A stretch of DNA of 64,000 nt from Octopus bimaculoides (taxonomy: Eukaryota), in assembly GCF_001194135.2 (NCBI RefSeq), contig NC_068990.1:12733598-12797597 (forward strand), in the 5' to 3' direction. The notes beneath the pieces were generated by a model. It did no database searches, was not told the DNA's origin, and was given only the letters and a program-made list of their open reading frames with translations. The position numbers were made by a program, and so were the translations under genes. Of the stretch, positions 51,702 to 64,000 are shown piece by piece. Position 1 is the stretch's first letter. Each line of letters opens with the position of its first letter.

Positions 51702-52056
51702 TGGACTCGCGGTCATAGGATCGCAGTTTCGATTCCCAGACCAGGCGTTGTGAGTGTTTATTGAGTGAAAACACCTAAAGCTCCATGAGGCTCCGGCAGG
51801 GGATGGTGGCGAACCCTGCTGTACGCTTCCACCACAACTTTCTCTCACTCTTACTTCCTGTTTCTGTTGTGCCTGTTTTTCAAAGGGCCAGCCTTGTCAC
51901 GCTGAATATCCCTGAAAACTACGTTAAGGGTACACGTGTCTGTGGAGTGCTCAGCCACTTGCACGTTAATTTCGTTGAGCCAGCTGTTCCATTGATCGGA
52001 TCAACTAGAACCCTCGACGTCGTAAGCGACAGAGTGCCAACAACAACAACAACAAC
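51702..52056 (+). mobile_element. SINE family C, near full length (5' end in gap), (CAA)n tail
   Basis: B box gtttcgattcccagacc. The body is shared with 2805-3113. The tail gttccattgatcggatcaactagaaccctc is also seen reverse-complemented at ~18165-18215. Confidence 0.85.
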
Positions 52057-52267
52057 TCATATATATATATATGTATGTGTGACTGAAATCTTTCCTGTTC
52101 CATCTACCAATCTGACTCACAAGGCCCCTGGTCAAGTGTAGCCCAGGGCTATATTGGAACACATTTGCCCAAGGTGTCACAGAATGAGACTGAATCTGAG
52201 ATCAAATAGTTGAAAAGCAAGCTTCTTAACCACACAGCCACAATACTGTATAATATCAATATAATTA

Positions 52268-52315
<48 letters not shown>

Positions 52316-52458
52316 ATATCTATCTTGAAAGTAATTGATTAAAAATAAACCATTATCCATTAATATGGTAGTTGATATAAGATTATAAATTTTGTAAGTG
52401 GCTTTATATTATTGATTTTTGAATGTATATATATGTATATATTATAAACACACACATA

Positions 52459-52489
<31 letters not shown>

Positions 52490-52807
52490 TGTATGTATAA
52501 GGGGTGGAAAAATCAAAACTAAAATTTGCATTTATTGGATAATATATAAAAATATAATTTTAAGATTTTCTGAAATGGACAGTAATGAATTTCAAAGAGT
52601 TATTTTAATTAATTCAAATGGCTACTTCATTAGATAAACCCTACTTCATAATTAACTGAATTTTTTTTTTATTTTATGACCATTAATTATATACTGTGTT
52701 TGTTAAATTTTATTGAGTAATTTTCTGGTTTATAGGTAGATGTTTAGTGAATAATATTCTGATAATTTATATTGTATTTCTCTTTAAATAAGTATAGTTA
52801 TTGCTGT

Positions 52808-53040
52808 TGTTTTACCCTTGCTCAATGCAGGCTGATCAGAACTTTGAGCAAAGATACTCCAGCTATGACCATCCTAAGTTTATGACTATCCTAAGTTTAT
52901 GACCATCCTAAGTTTATGATGGTTCCTAAAACAACATTATGTAATGTACCCTTCTTTCATTTCAAAATAGTAGGGTGTCCTCTTTAAAGAGATTTAGCTG
53001 CTATTTTTACCAGGTAAAGTGACTATGTAAAGGCCTCCTC
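52808..53040 (+). repeat. Family E copy with an internal 17 bp triplication (52864-52914)
   Basis: tatgac(c/t)atcctaagtt x3, followed by gatttagctgctattttt..aaaggcctcctc. Confidence 0.75.
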
Positions 53041-53204
53041 AATGACACAAGAAAAAACTTAATATTAATAAGTGAATTTATCATAAGGATAATTATAATT
53101 TTGTGACATTCATACTTCAAATTATCTCTCCTATCAGAGTCACAAACAATCACTGCATTTTTTTTGTTTTAACTATTTATTTATTTATTTTTAATTTCCC
53201 CTCC

Positions 53205-53670
53205 TCCAATAAAACTTTAGTCCAGCAAATTGACCCTAGTTTGTGCACTTATTTTTTCACATCTGTTACTTATTCTATTGGTTGCCAAACAGTAACAGGA
53301 GACAAAGGCAAAGACACATGCACACACACACACACACGCACGCACACACGTGGCCAATAAAGTTTTCATCTACCAAATCCACTCACAAGTCTATAGTTGA
53401 AGACATTTGCCTGAGGTGCCACACACTGGGACTGAACCCAGAACCATGTGGTTAGAAAGCAAGCTTCTTGCCAAACACACACACAGACATACATATAATA
53501 TGTGTGTATGATGGACATCCACATAGTTTCTGTCTGCCAAATTCACTCATTCGGTAATTTGTCAACCCTGGGTTATAATAGAAGACTCTAGCCCAAGGTG
53601 TCACACACTGAGACTGAAACTGGAACATGAGGTTGCAAAGCTACTTTCTTAACCACATACAGCCATGCCT
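53205..53670 (-). mobile_element. Family A SINE (53205-53475) plus a second head fragment (53510-53670)
   Basis: gggactgaacccagaaccatgtggttagaaagcaagcttctt, and a second cccaaggtgtcacacactgagactgaaac. Confidence 0.7.
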
Positions 53671-54629
53671 GTGTCTATTAATTATTTAATTATTTTTTTT
53701 TATAATTAGTTCTTAATTTCTTTAAATATTCTATCCATTCCTTTGTGATTCACTTTTACATTCTTTCTCTGCCTATTTTCTAAACCTTTTTTTTTTCTAA
53801 ATTTTTGCCATAGGCCCCCTTGAATTATTTCCATTAGTTCAATTTATTTAATCATTTTAATTTTTTTTTTTTTTTGTTGCAAAATTATCTTTCATCAATC
53901 ACATGTTCATATCCGCTGCAAGCATTAGTTTGTGTGCCTATCTGAACCAACTTAATCTTACATTGTTTCCATGTACTCAGGGGAAAACATTTCCTAGAAA
54001 GCAACCAACAATAGAGTAACATCTTATCCAACAGCCAATATTCCATTTACCTCCGTTTAACACAAAATAAAATTGGAGCCAAATGAAACCCTACAGAAAG
54101 TTCTTATTCTTTTCTAACAATTAAATTCTAATAATGATTAACTGATTGTAAAATCTGAGTAACTAATTCAATTATGGTTGGTCTGATAATGAATTAGCCA
54201 GATCGGTTGATTTGTTATCCCAGCTTATTCTGAAAGCCTTTTAATATAGAAAAATCATCAGAGTTATGTTGAATCTCCTGCAGCTATAATAAGTTGAATA
54301 GCCTTGTGAAGTAAACTAGTTTTAGGCTATAATATTTAAAATACCCTTATCTCTGACTAGGGGTATTCATAAAACAATCTTGATTAAGGATGCTCTGTTA
54401 TTCAGGTGTCATCAGATTTTAATGTTTCTTTTTTAATTTTATTTGCTGGGTTTAGAGAAAGGATCAGTGCTCATTCTCCAAGCCTGGTGAGACTGATGTA
54501 ATAAATATTTTGAGCTATTGTAAGCTAATACCTGCAGGAAACTGCTTCACTTCAGTAGAAACAATTATATTCATTAAGTAATTTGTGTGGAGATTGGGTT
54601 AAGGCTTCAGTATATTTTGTTAATTACCA

Positions 54630-54990
54630 ATTACAATGTTATTTGGTGTATTTTGTCACTCATCAGTCACCATGAGGCTCAGTGTATTCTGTCACTCATT
54701 AATCATTATGTGATTATGTGTGTTTTATCACATATCAATCACTATGAAATATCATGTAGATTGTCATTCAGACATTTTGTGATTGGGTGTATTTTGTCAC
54801 TCACTAATTATCACAAGACTTTGTGCATTTTATCACTCATCGTTCACTCAGACATTTTGTTATTTTATCACTCATAAATCACAATTTGACTTGGCATTCA
54901 CCCAATAATATTACTCAGTACTATTAGAATTGGTGTATTCTATGATTCATCTATTAGTATTTAAATTTGTCACTCATCATTCACTGAGAC
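54630..54990. repeat. Degenerate ~36 bp minisatellite (~8 units)
   Basis: The recurrent unit tgtattttgtcactcat.a.tca..atga has an open plus-strand frame (54587-54877) giving CILSLISHHEAQ / CILSLINHYVIM / CVLSHINHYEIS-type 12-mers. Confidence 0.8.
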
Positions 54991-56704
54991 TGTAAAAGTA
55001 AATGAATTAAACTTTTAAGCCATATTCTAGTCTACACTTGGTATAATGTAAAATAGCTTTGTTGACTTTCAGCATCACAACATATTCAAACGATACAGTT
55101 GTGAACCAGATGAATATTTCGTTTATATGTGTTGTTTGCATTTCTTTTTACTTTGTAAACAAAACTCTGCAATGTTTTGCTGATGTTTACTTCCTTCTCA
55201 TTAAAGTACTCATTAACTTCCTCTAGAAATTCAGTATTCACTATGGACTTAGCTATCTCTAGGTCACTTAAGCTTGTCTAGGTTTAAATCAGCTTACCTA
55301 AATGTACCTATCTCTAGATCAGCTATCAGACATTATACTATAATACATTCACAATTCACTGATGATACTGTAGCTTCATGTCATCAGGGAAATTGTTTGT
55401 TGTTTAGCCTCAAGTTAATGGAATAAATTGATCTGTTGAAAAAATTCCTTATTAAGGCATTCTATAGTGAAAAATTTTGTCTGAAATATTAGCTTCTCTC
55501 ATGGCAAACTGATTTAATCCACTTTTGAATAGTTCTTACAAAATTCGTAGTTTCATTCTTATTAAGATATTTTAAAATTTGACTTCTTTCAATTAACTAT
55601 GTCACTGCTTTGCCAGTTGTCTTTTAAATTTGAAATTGATTATTATGTAGCTTCTAATATCTCTATAACGGTTTTTACAATGACTAGTAATCCTTGAATT
55701 CACTAATAAAAACATGCATTTATAAAGATGCATGATTGTATGCAAATAATTTATGTTCCTAAGAATTTGTTCTTACAATCAAAACTGCATCAAAGATATT
55801 GGTTAAGTATTTGGAGATTTATAGTTCTTGGTTTGGCACATTTTCAAAATTTGCCTCGTAACATAGTTTAGTATAGTTGACTTGAAATCATGACCAACAT
55901 TTATTATAACCAACCTAATATTTTTTTTTTTATTCCAATGGAAATGAAAATTCATATAAAATTTATGACACAATAATAAAATATTTTCTTTTGATATACA
56001 TATCAAGGAATTTGATAAGGTATTTGAAATTTCTATTGTTGGAAAACATACAAAGAATTGTTTAGCTAACGATATCAGATTTTCTTGATAAAGGCACCAC
56101 TTGTAAGGAGTTTTATTTCATCTAACAATGGAATGTCTGAGATTGAAATGCAGAGAATAAAACTGAAATGTATCAACCATAATTGCTCTAATAGTATACA
56201 GTCTAACAGATAAAATTGTTTAAAGAAATAGCTTAAAAAGATGAAACATCAGTGACTAGTGAGTATGAAAATACTTTTTATCACACCTAAACAATCAATA
56301 AAATTACGGGAGTATATACTAAATAGAATTATCTGCAAGCAGATGTAAAGAAATGGTGTATACCAGAAAAATGAAATTGTGAGGCAAAGAAAAATTCTCT
56401 TAAACAACCATTGCATAGGCAAGTGTAATATATATATAAACTTTATTTGATCCTGACTACTTGTCAGAAGCATTTAAACAGTTTGTTTATAAGCATTAGT
56501 TTGGTTTTGAATCAAAACATAACTGAAAGTGAAAGTAGAAACAGCAAAAGAAAATAATACACATAATGCTTTAAAAATACCTCATGAAAATATATTCTAC
56601 TTTGTCCTTTGTAAATCCCACATTTATTACAATAGACACACTACTAACAACACAATAAAAGTGAGTTTTTAAACTTTTGTAAATTATTTATAAATACAAT
56701 GCTT

Positions 56705-57130
56705 TTTGTATAGCAATTTCATAATCATTTAACGTCCACTTTTTCCATGCTTTCATGGGTCAGACAGAATATGTTGAAGTAGACATTTTTTATGCTTGTA
56801 TGTTATTCCTGTTGCCAACCTTCATCTGTTTCCAAGGTGACATTTTTCCCATTCCTAAAAGTGTTTTAAAAAAAGCCCAGAAATGAACTGCCTTGTTGTA
56901 TGATGATGATGATGACGATGGTCATTTACAACCTTCGTGTAATATCTAGACAAGGGTACACACACTGATACATACACACAAACTTCTTTCAGTTTCTGTT
57001 GGCCAAATCCATTCACAAGGCTTTGGTCAATCTGGGGCTATAGTAGAAAATATTTGCCCAAAGTGCCACACAGTGAGACTGAACACCAGACTTCATGGTT
57101 AGGAAGCTAGTTTCTTAACCACACAGCCAC
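56705..57130 (-). mobile_element. SINE family B, full length
   Basis: Tail tttaacgtccactttttccatgct..; head aaggctttggtc..gtttcttaaccacacagcc. Another copy is at 59355-59722 (-). Confidence 0.8.
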
Positions 57131-57846
57131 AAATGTGTGATCAAGATATATTCAGAAATTTGTTCATTCAAGATTATTTATTGGAGGAAAGAATCCATTT
57201 CTTTTCTTTGTAGGAGAGTGGCAGTAAAAATCATTGAATTAGGTCCAGGATGCTATTAGTGTTATGTATATTCTTCTTTGAGTAAAGAAAACAGAGATAA
57301 AGTTAAACTTGTTGGTATGTTAATATAGTCAATATTTTTCTCTAAATAATCTGTGCAAAAACTATTACGAGATGTCTGGTTTATTATGATGAAGTAACAT
57401 AAAACTGTATTTAAATATCAGGACATGTTCAAAATATTTAACTGTAAAGACATTTCTGTAAAAGTTGTTTGACATTTTAAACTTAGGTCAGTTTTGAATC
57501 TTAACACTTTTTCTATAATATTTATGAACAAGATGGGAAAGGAGAGAGAGAGGGTGAAAGAGAGAGACAGACAGACAGAGACCCCAAATCAATAAGAGTA
57601 GTATAAGAGTATTACACTGTTGGACATGTAGATAATATTTCACATCCCAACACTGGTACTGTATTTCTTGGTCAATTCCTGACTTTTACTGTCTGTAAAT
57701 AGCTACTGAAATAGATATCATATATATATATTAACAGCCACATCATCAGTATACATATGATATGTGATATTGTATGTATATGTGTGTGTGTGTATACATA
57801 TATATATATATATGTATGTATACACATACATATGATATATGATGAT

Positions 57847-57914
<68 letters not shown>

Positions 57915-58387
57915 TAAGACAGTTTTATATATATACATATATTTATGCATATATATATATGCATGCATATATATACGATGCACATAAATACAATTAGACA
58001 TTTAAGAAGTTTCATTTATTGATGTTTAATATAAAATAGCTTGTGACGTAAATCTTTCTGTTTGCACCATATTTATAGATGTTTAATATTTTGCTTTGTA
58101 TCCAATCATTATATACGATTATTATTATATATTTTAATAACAAAAACTTGTTATTTTACATCTTCATCAACATTGAAATTGAAATGATACACACGATTTC
58201 GCATAGCTTTACTAATATACTCGTACTCTTGTTTACAAACATATGCCTATGCATCACCTATGATAGAGTAATGTAAATAAAACTTACATAAATGCATACA
58301 AAACTATGCTTGGTTGTACTAACAATTTTATGTTTATAAATTTAAATTTTATATATTAATGGCAAATTTTTTTTAAATTTATTTCAG

Positions 58388-58426
58388 GTTTTATACCGAA
58401 AGATGCTACACATATCCTTGGAACAG
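58388..58426 (+). other. Candidate 39 nt micro-exon followed by a 97 nt GT-AG intron-like segment
   Basis: Acceptor aaatttatttcAG (58386-87), donor GTTAGT (58427), branch-like TACTAAT (58501-07) and acceptor ttgcttccAG (58522-23). All three frames are open. No recognisable product. Confidence 0.3.
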
Positions 58427-59241
58427 GTTAGTTATATTTTTTGTTTCTTTTTTAGTGGGGTTTACTTGTTATCGTTTACAAATTTAATTTCTTTTCTCAA
58501 TACTAATATGTTTTTGCTTCCAGAGTTTTGGAAATATCTTAATTCAATAACCAAAGAAACTACACGACATTGTCTTTTTTCTAGTTGTTGATGGTTTTTC
58601 TTATTTATTTATTTATATAATTTTTTGTTTATTATATATTTTTATTTCTTTCAAAGAATACTATTTGTTTGAAATTTTCAATAATCAGTTTAGTAGTTGA
58701 CTTGTGCTCAGAATTTCATGTGTGTATGTATAAAGATGCATACATCTGTATAATTATGTAATTACATTTATATGTGTGCATACAGATACATGATTGTCTA
58801 CAAAGTGTTTTGTGTACATCTGAATATATGCCTTTATGCCAAACTGTAAAAATATATTTTGCACATACTGGATATGGACAGACATATATGTAAAGATGCT
58901 ATATAGAAGATATATGTATTCTTGGGCATATATATGTATATCTCCAGGTACATATATGTACTTCAGGATATATCTATAGATTTTAACTAACACTGGTGTA
59001 ATTGAAAGATGTGAACACATTGTATGCATGTACAGTAACTTCATGTACAGAGAATGGAAAGCTAGTAGGACTCATTTCAATCTGTTGTTGGGATCTCATC
59101 AACAAACTATTCTCTTTAATTGTCCATGGGAACATTGCTTACTTAGTAAATTGGCTAAATTGATTTGCCATAATTTTATATACCTATTTGTATATGCCTG
59201 TATTTATTCATATAAATAGGTTTATATCTATCTATTCATAT

Positions 59242-59339
<98 letters not shown>

Positions 59340-59886
59340 CAATGTATGTATGTGTGCGTCATCATTATTTTTCTTAACATCCATTTTCCTGTGCTTGCAT
59401 AGGTCTGAAAGAAAGCATTGAGGTAGATTTCCTACAGCTGTTTCCAACCATGGGAATATTTCCACATCATTGAACATGTTTTCAAAGGAGACGAAAATTA
59501 CAGGTCACTGCTTGCATGATGGTGACAGCTGATAACAATTATCATACGATGTCTATGCAAAGGGATACAAGCATTCACACAATGAACATTTTTAAGCTTC
59601 TGTGTACCAGACCCAGTCATAAGACTTTGATTGGCCTTGTTCTATAGTAAAAGACACTACATTATGGTAGAAGATCCCAAACTATGTGATTGGGGAATGA
59701 ACTTCTTAATCACACAGCCATGTATGTTGCAATATATATGTGTGTGCGTGTGTTTTCCTGGTGAAGGTCAGTTTCCCGTCCATACAGGGTTTAACTTTAT
59801 GGCATATTGTTAGATCCCCAAGATCTGTTGGCCTATGATCTCTTTAAAATATGGAGGGGAAAAGTTTGGATTATCTCCCTCTCCCG

Positions 59887-60090
59887 TTAGCTACTAACTT
59901 CCAGTGATTCCCAAAAGGTCAGCATAAATCTCCTAAAATGCAAACACGGCCCGAAAATCTCCGTTCTGGAGTTAAGTATAGCCCCTGGTTTGAGTGAGTT
60001 CCTTAGGATTCTCATGCATTTGACTATGTATTGCTTTCAGCATTTCATCGCATTGATGTAGGGGCCTGAGTTTTTGAGGATTTTCCATGA
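59887..60090 (-). mobile_element. Penelope-like element ORF 3' end (C-terminal part of the GIY-YIG endonuclease region)
   Basis: SWKILKNSGPYINAMKC*KQYI..LNSRTEIFGPCLHFRRFML matches the PLE terminal pattern WxILxxxxPY..C..LNxRxEIxxxCxH..FxL as I know it. One in-frame stop. Confidence 0.7.
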
Positions 60091-60110
60091 GATCAAGTGT
60101 GGAACTCCAT

Positions 60111-60144
<34 letters not shown>

Positions 60145-60326
60145 CACACACACACACACATATACTTTATTATAAAAGCTGCAAAATATTTACAGAACAG
60201 TTACTCAAAGTTTCACTTCCCATTTGTCAACCAGTTTTGATGAATATTAAAGCATATTATTCTACCCTTGGTATTTGAGTACTATTTTTCCATACTGTTT
60301 TGCAACTTATGTGCCTACCTCTGTGT

Positions 60327-60367
<41 letters not shown>

Positions 60368-60396
60368 TATATATATGTGTGTATATATATGTGTGT

Positions 60397-60500
60397 GTGA
60401 GGTGTGTTCAAAAGGTATCTGACTTCATGTTTCCCACCAAAACTAATGCCACATGGGCAAAATCCTTTAGGTGGGAAGTGATGCCTCCCTTCCTGAATAT
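60397..60500 (+). mobile_element. Possible mariner 5' TIR fragment
   Basis: gaggtgtgttcaaaaggtatctgac resembles mariner termini of the ACGAGGxxTGTTCAAAAAGTATC type. No partner TIR was found. Confidence 0.4.
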
Positions 60501-61129
60501 GTATATGTGCATGTGTTGACTATGTGGTTAAAAAGCTTCCGAAACACATGCTCTCGGTTTCTCTGTACAACACATTGTGAGTGTCTTCTACTATAATCCC
60601 AGGTCAAACAGATCTCTTGTGTGTGGATTTAGTTGACAGAAAGAAGGCCTGCCATCACATGTGTGTTTGTGTGTGTGTTCATTTAAAACCCTCGAGATAT
60701 TCCTTGAGAGTTGTAAATGAATTTCACCATCATATGAGAGGTGTTTGTTTACTGTCTTCTTTTGAAAACATACTTTTAATAGGGGGGAAAAAATATTACC
60801 TTGCCTGGTAAGGTTTGGCAACATAAAAGACTTTTTTCAAGCTGTTTGATCAACTGAGTTACCTACCTACAGTATTATGGTATAAGCAACTGAATACTGT
60901 AGGGAAACAGCAGAATCAATGAGACACAGTGTAGGAGAAGGTTAACCATTTGAACTCGGAGTACTGTCTGTCCAATAGGCTTCCACTTTACCCTTTACCT
61001 GATTTTATTCACAAAGCTTTGGTTGCACTGAAGATGTGATACGAGATACTCACCCAAGTTGTCACACAATAGAATTAAACCTGTGTCACCATATTTCCAT
61101 ACTGTACATCATAAACACTTTACTTTACC

Positions 61130-61385
61130 TACGTACCTATTACCTACCCACCTACCTATCTATCTATCTACCTACCTACCTACACACTTTTCTACCTACC
61201 TACCTACCTACCTACCTACCTACTACCTACTTACCCACCTATCTACCTATCTGCTTTCCTACCTAACTACCAATCAATCTATCTACCAATCAATCTATCT
61301 ACCAATCAATCTATCTACCTACCTACCTCCATACCTTCCCTCCCTCCCTACCTACCCTCCGATCTACATACATACATACCTGATA
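61130..61385. repeat. Degenerate (CTAC)n/(CTAT)n/(CAAT)n tetranucleotide array
   Basis: Read directly. Other long microsatellites: (TA)n ~9450-9498, 15558-15646, 19070-19118, 23200-23556, 47020-47190 and 59247-59335; (CT)n ~28400-28455, 34937-35070 and 61805-61860; (TTA)n ~40368-40426; (GGAT)n ~44138-44190. Confidence 0.95.
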
Positions 61386-61799
61386 CATATATAATACATA
61401 CTTCTGTCTGTGTGTGTGTATGTGTGTGTGTTTGAATCTATGTGTTATATGCATGGTCATGATAAATGTAAAATGTTTAAGCATGTTTTATATCATATTC
61501 TAATATTATATTTCTCCAAGAAAAATAACATGTATCATTAAGTATTTTTTTTTCGCTTCTATTTCTGGCTTTCCTCAAATAACAAAACATTTTAGTCATG
61601 CCTAAAACTGCAATTTGATGGAAGCTATAATTAATTCAATCTCTTCTCCACTTTGGTATATTCATATGGTTTATAACAATACTGAGCACAGTTTATTGCC
61701 TCTTATCTCACAGAAGCCAACTAACAGCTCTTCATATAATATACCTCTTCAACCCCTGGCCAGAATTTATCGTGTTTTGTATTCTCTCTTTCTTCTGTC

Positions 61800-61853
<54 letters not shown>

Positions 61854-63155
61854 TCTCTCATGCTCTTTCAGCTTTGGGCTAGCAAATAAAACTAAGACCT
61901 TGCTGACTGTGTGAATTCAAGATGCAATATATGATGAAGATTTACAGTTGATAATGGTTTAGTATTGACAGAATTTATTGGCAAGTAGTATAGTATAATA
62001 GAGGCAAGATTTTATTAACCGATGTCTGCAACCTGGTTTTAATTCCCAGTTGAAGACATTTTACTACGTTTATGGCACTACTGCCATTGGAACTCCATGA
62101 ATTTCGCATTCATTCATTTCCTCCCCTTCTCTCTAAATATCATATGTGACTTTCTTCCTGCATAAGAAATCATTATAGGATTTATAATGTTAATTTTATT
62201 TGAAATATATTAAGTATAATCTCAGAACTTTTCAAATGTATGTTTTATCTCATTCAGATCTTACCAAAGGCTTCTACAATAGACAGTTATAAATTCATTT
62301 ATATGAATTTTCTAATGAATGCAAATGCTTATCATGTATATAAGTTTGGGATTTATAGCCAAGCTACTCTTAGGTTCATTTGGTTGAATCAGCCTCCATG
62401 TTAATCAGATTTGATGGCAAGAGTATTTCACAATTTATCTAAGTTAGAAGGAACAGTAATTAAGAATAAATAATCACATTTATTTTATATTTGATGGTTC
62501 AGACAACTCATTATTTTAACATACTAATCTTATTTAGTGTCTTGTTAGGTAGAAATTGCTGACATACAAATTTGTAACCAAACTCACAGTAAAATAATAA
62601 CAGAATTATTTTAACACCTGAGCTGAATTTACAAGTTGTCTTGATAATGTTTACATTTTTCTCTCTATTTTTTCCACATTTTAATGAATTTCTACCACTG
62701 TTATTGCGTAGTTGACTTAATCCATCACCCATTTAAGACAACCACCTGTTTTTTTTTAATGCCTTTTGTAGAATAGACTCTTTTGCAAATATTCAGCCTA
62801 GATCTTTGGCCAAGGGATAAATTCCTTCTTGTTGGAGACCTCACAATAAAGGAATAAGTATTACCCTTCCTCTTCAGACTAAACCATACAAAATTCGTTT
62901 AAAAAGTCGTAGTAAAATATATAATTCTATAATTGGTATCTTAAAACCATGGTGCCTCATGAAAAACACTGGTAATGGTGCTATGCAAAAAGCGCCCAGT
63001 ATACTCTCTAAAGAATTTGGCATTAGGAAGGATATCCAGCTTTAGAAACGTAGTCAAAACAGACTATGGAATCTGGTGCCGCTCCTGGCCTTACCAGTTC
63101 CTGTCAAGCCATCCAACTCATGCCAGCATAGTAAACAGACGTTAAATGATGATGG

Positions 63156-63201
<46 letters not shown>

Positions 63202-63344
63202 AAAATAACTCTAACACTTCATCTGAATCCATCAGTTACCTTGATTGAACATAGACAAAGTTTTTTTCATTTCCTTTTTCTTATACTTTGATCAGCATCT
63301 TCTAATCAATATTCGGCTTCACATTGAATTTGCGACTTAGACTT

Positions 63345-63575
63345 AGGTGTGTTGTGAGCTCTAGAACTCATAAGGTCAGAGCTTAACCCAGTTTTCATGA
63401 TGCATAAGGGACTGAGATTACAACAACTCCACTGAATAAGACAATAATCTGTCACAGGGCTGACTTGCCTACAATTGCTGGTATTCCTTTACGGTTGAGC
63501 GGACTGGAGTTACATGGTTTTCTTTTTTAGCTGAAGAACATGACACATTGTTCAGTCTGGGAATACATACAGATA
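63345..63575 (-). mobile_element. SINE family D-like copy, degenerate
   Basis: tgagcggactggagttacatg..gaagaacatgacacattg is the reverse complement of the CORE/Meta-like body. Confidence 0.55.
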
Positions 63576-64000
63576 TGTATATATCAGTTACATACCATCA
63601 GTAATTACTTGGGGTAGGCAGTTGGTGACGCTTATGTAGAAAAACACACAAAAAAAGAATGAGCAAAACACAGACGCGCGACTGAGTTGGAGGAAGATTT
63701 ACTTCTGCCTTTATAGTACATAAAGAAAACGTTGTTGTAGGAATGTATGCAGCATGTGTACTACATCAGTTCTATGCATAGCTTTAATACTGAGATTGAA
63801 AGACAGGGGTGAATTATGCCTATCTAATCTAAAAAAATATATATATATTTTGAATTTAATGCATAGTAATCAGAGTAACCTTCATAATTTTATTGAATTA
63901 GGTGCATATTTTGCCATAAAAGGAAAATGTTGCTATCAATCTATTTTATTCAATGTAGGCACTGCCTACCTTGCCTACCCAGATGGCACACCCCAGATAC

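Overview
AT-rich, CpG-poor eukaryotic genomic DNA with seven N gaps. It is most likely from an octopus: the SINE families and the very high microsatellite density match what I recall of Octopus genomes (inference, not a database result). I could not identify a confident host protein-coding gene; almost all ORFs in the supplied track come from microsatellites, N runs or antisense repeat sequence. The window is dominated by mobile elements. These include several modular tRNA-derived SINE families (labelled A/B/C/D/F here for convenience) and an unclassified ~230 bp repeat (E). A 1.8 kb internally deleted Ty3/Gypsy LTR element (7311-9113, minus) sits inside a SINE promoter. There are LINE fragments (RTE-type RT with a PHD finger at 2-349; degenerate CR1/L2-group RT at ~5925-6340; twin C2H2 terminus at ~35610-35897) and two Penelope-like fragments, one carrying a CpG-decayed minimal hammerhead ribozyme (3237-3271). 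DNA-transposon derivatives include hAT/Charlie MITEs with TSDs, a palindromic mariner MITE, a piggyBac-like MITE and a Helentron-type HINE. The window also has two minisatellites, a near-perfect 37 bp hairpin and a few weak candidate micro-exons near 57.2-58.6 kb.
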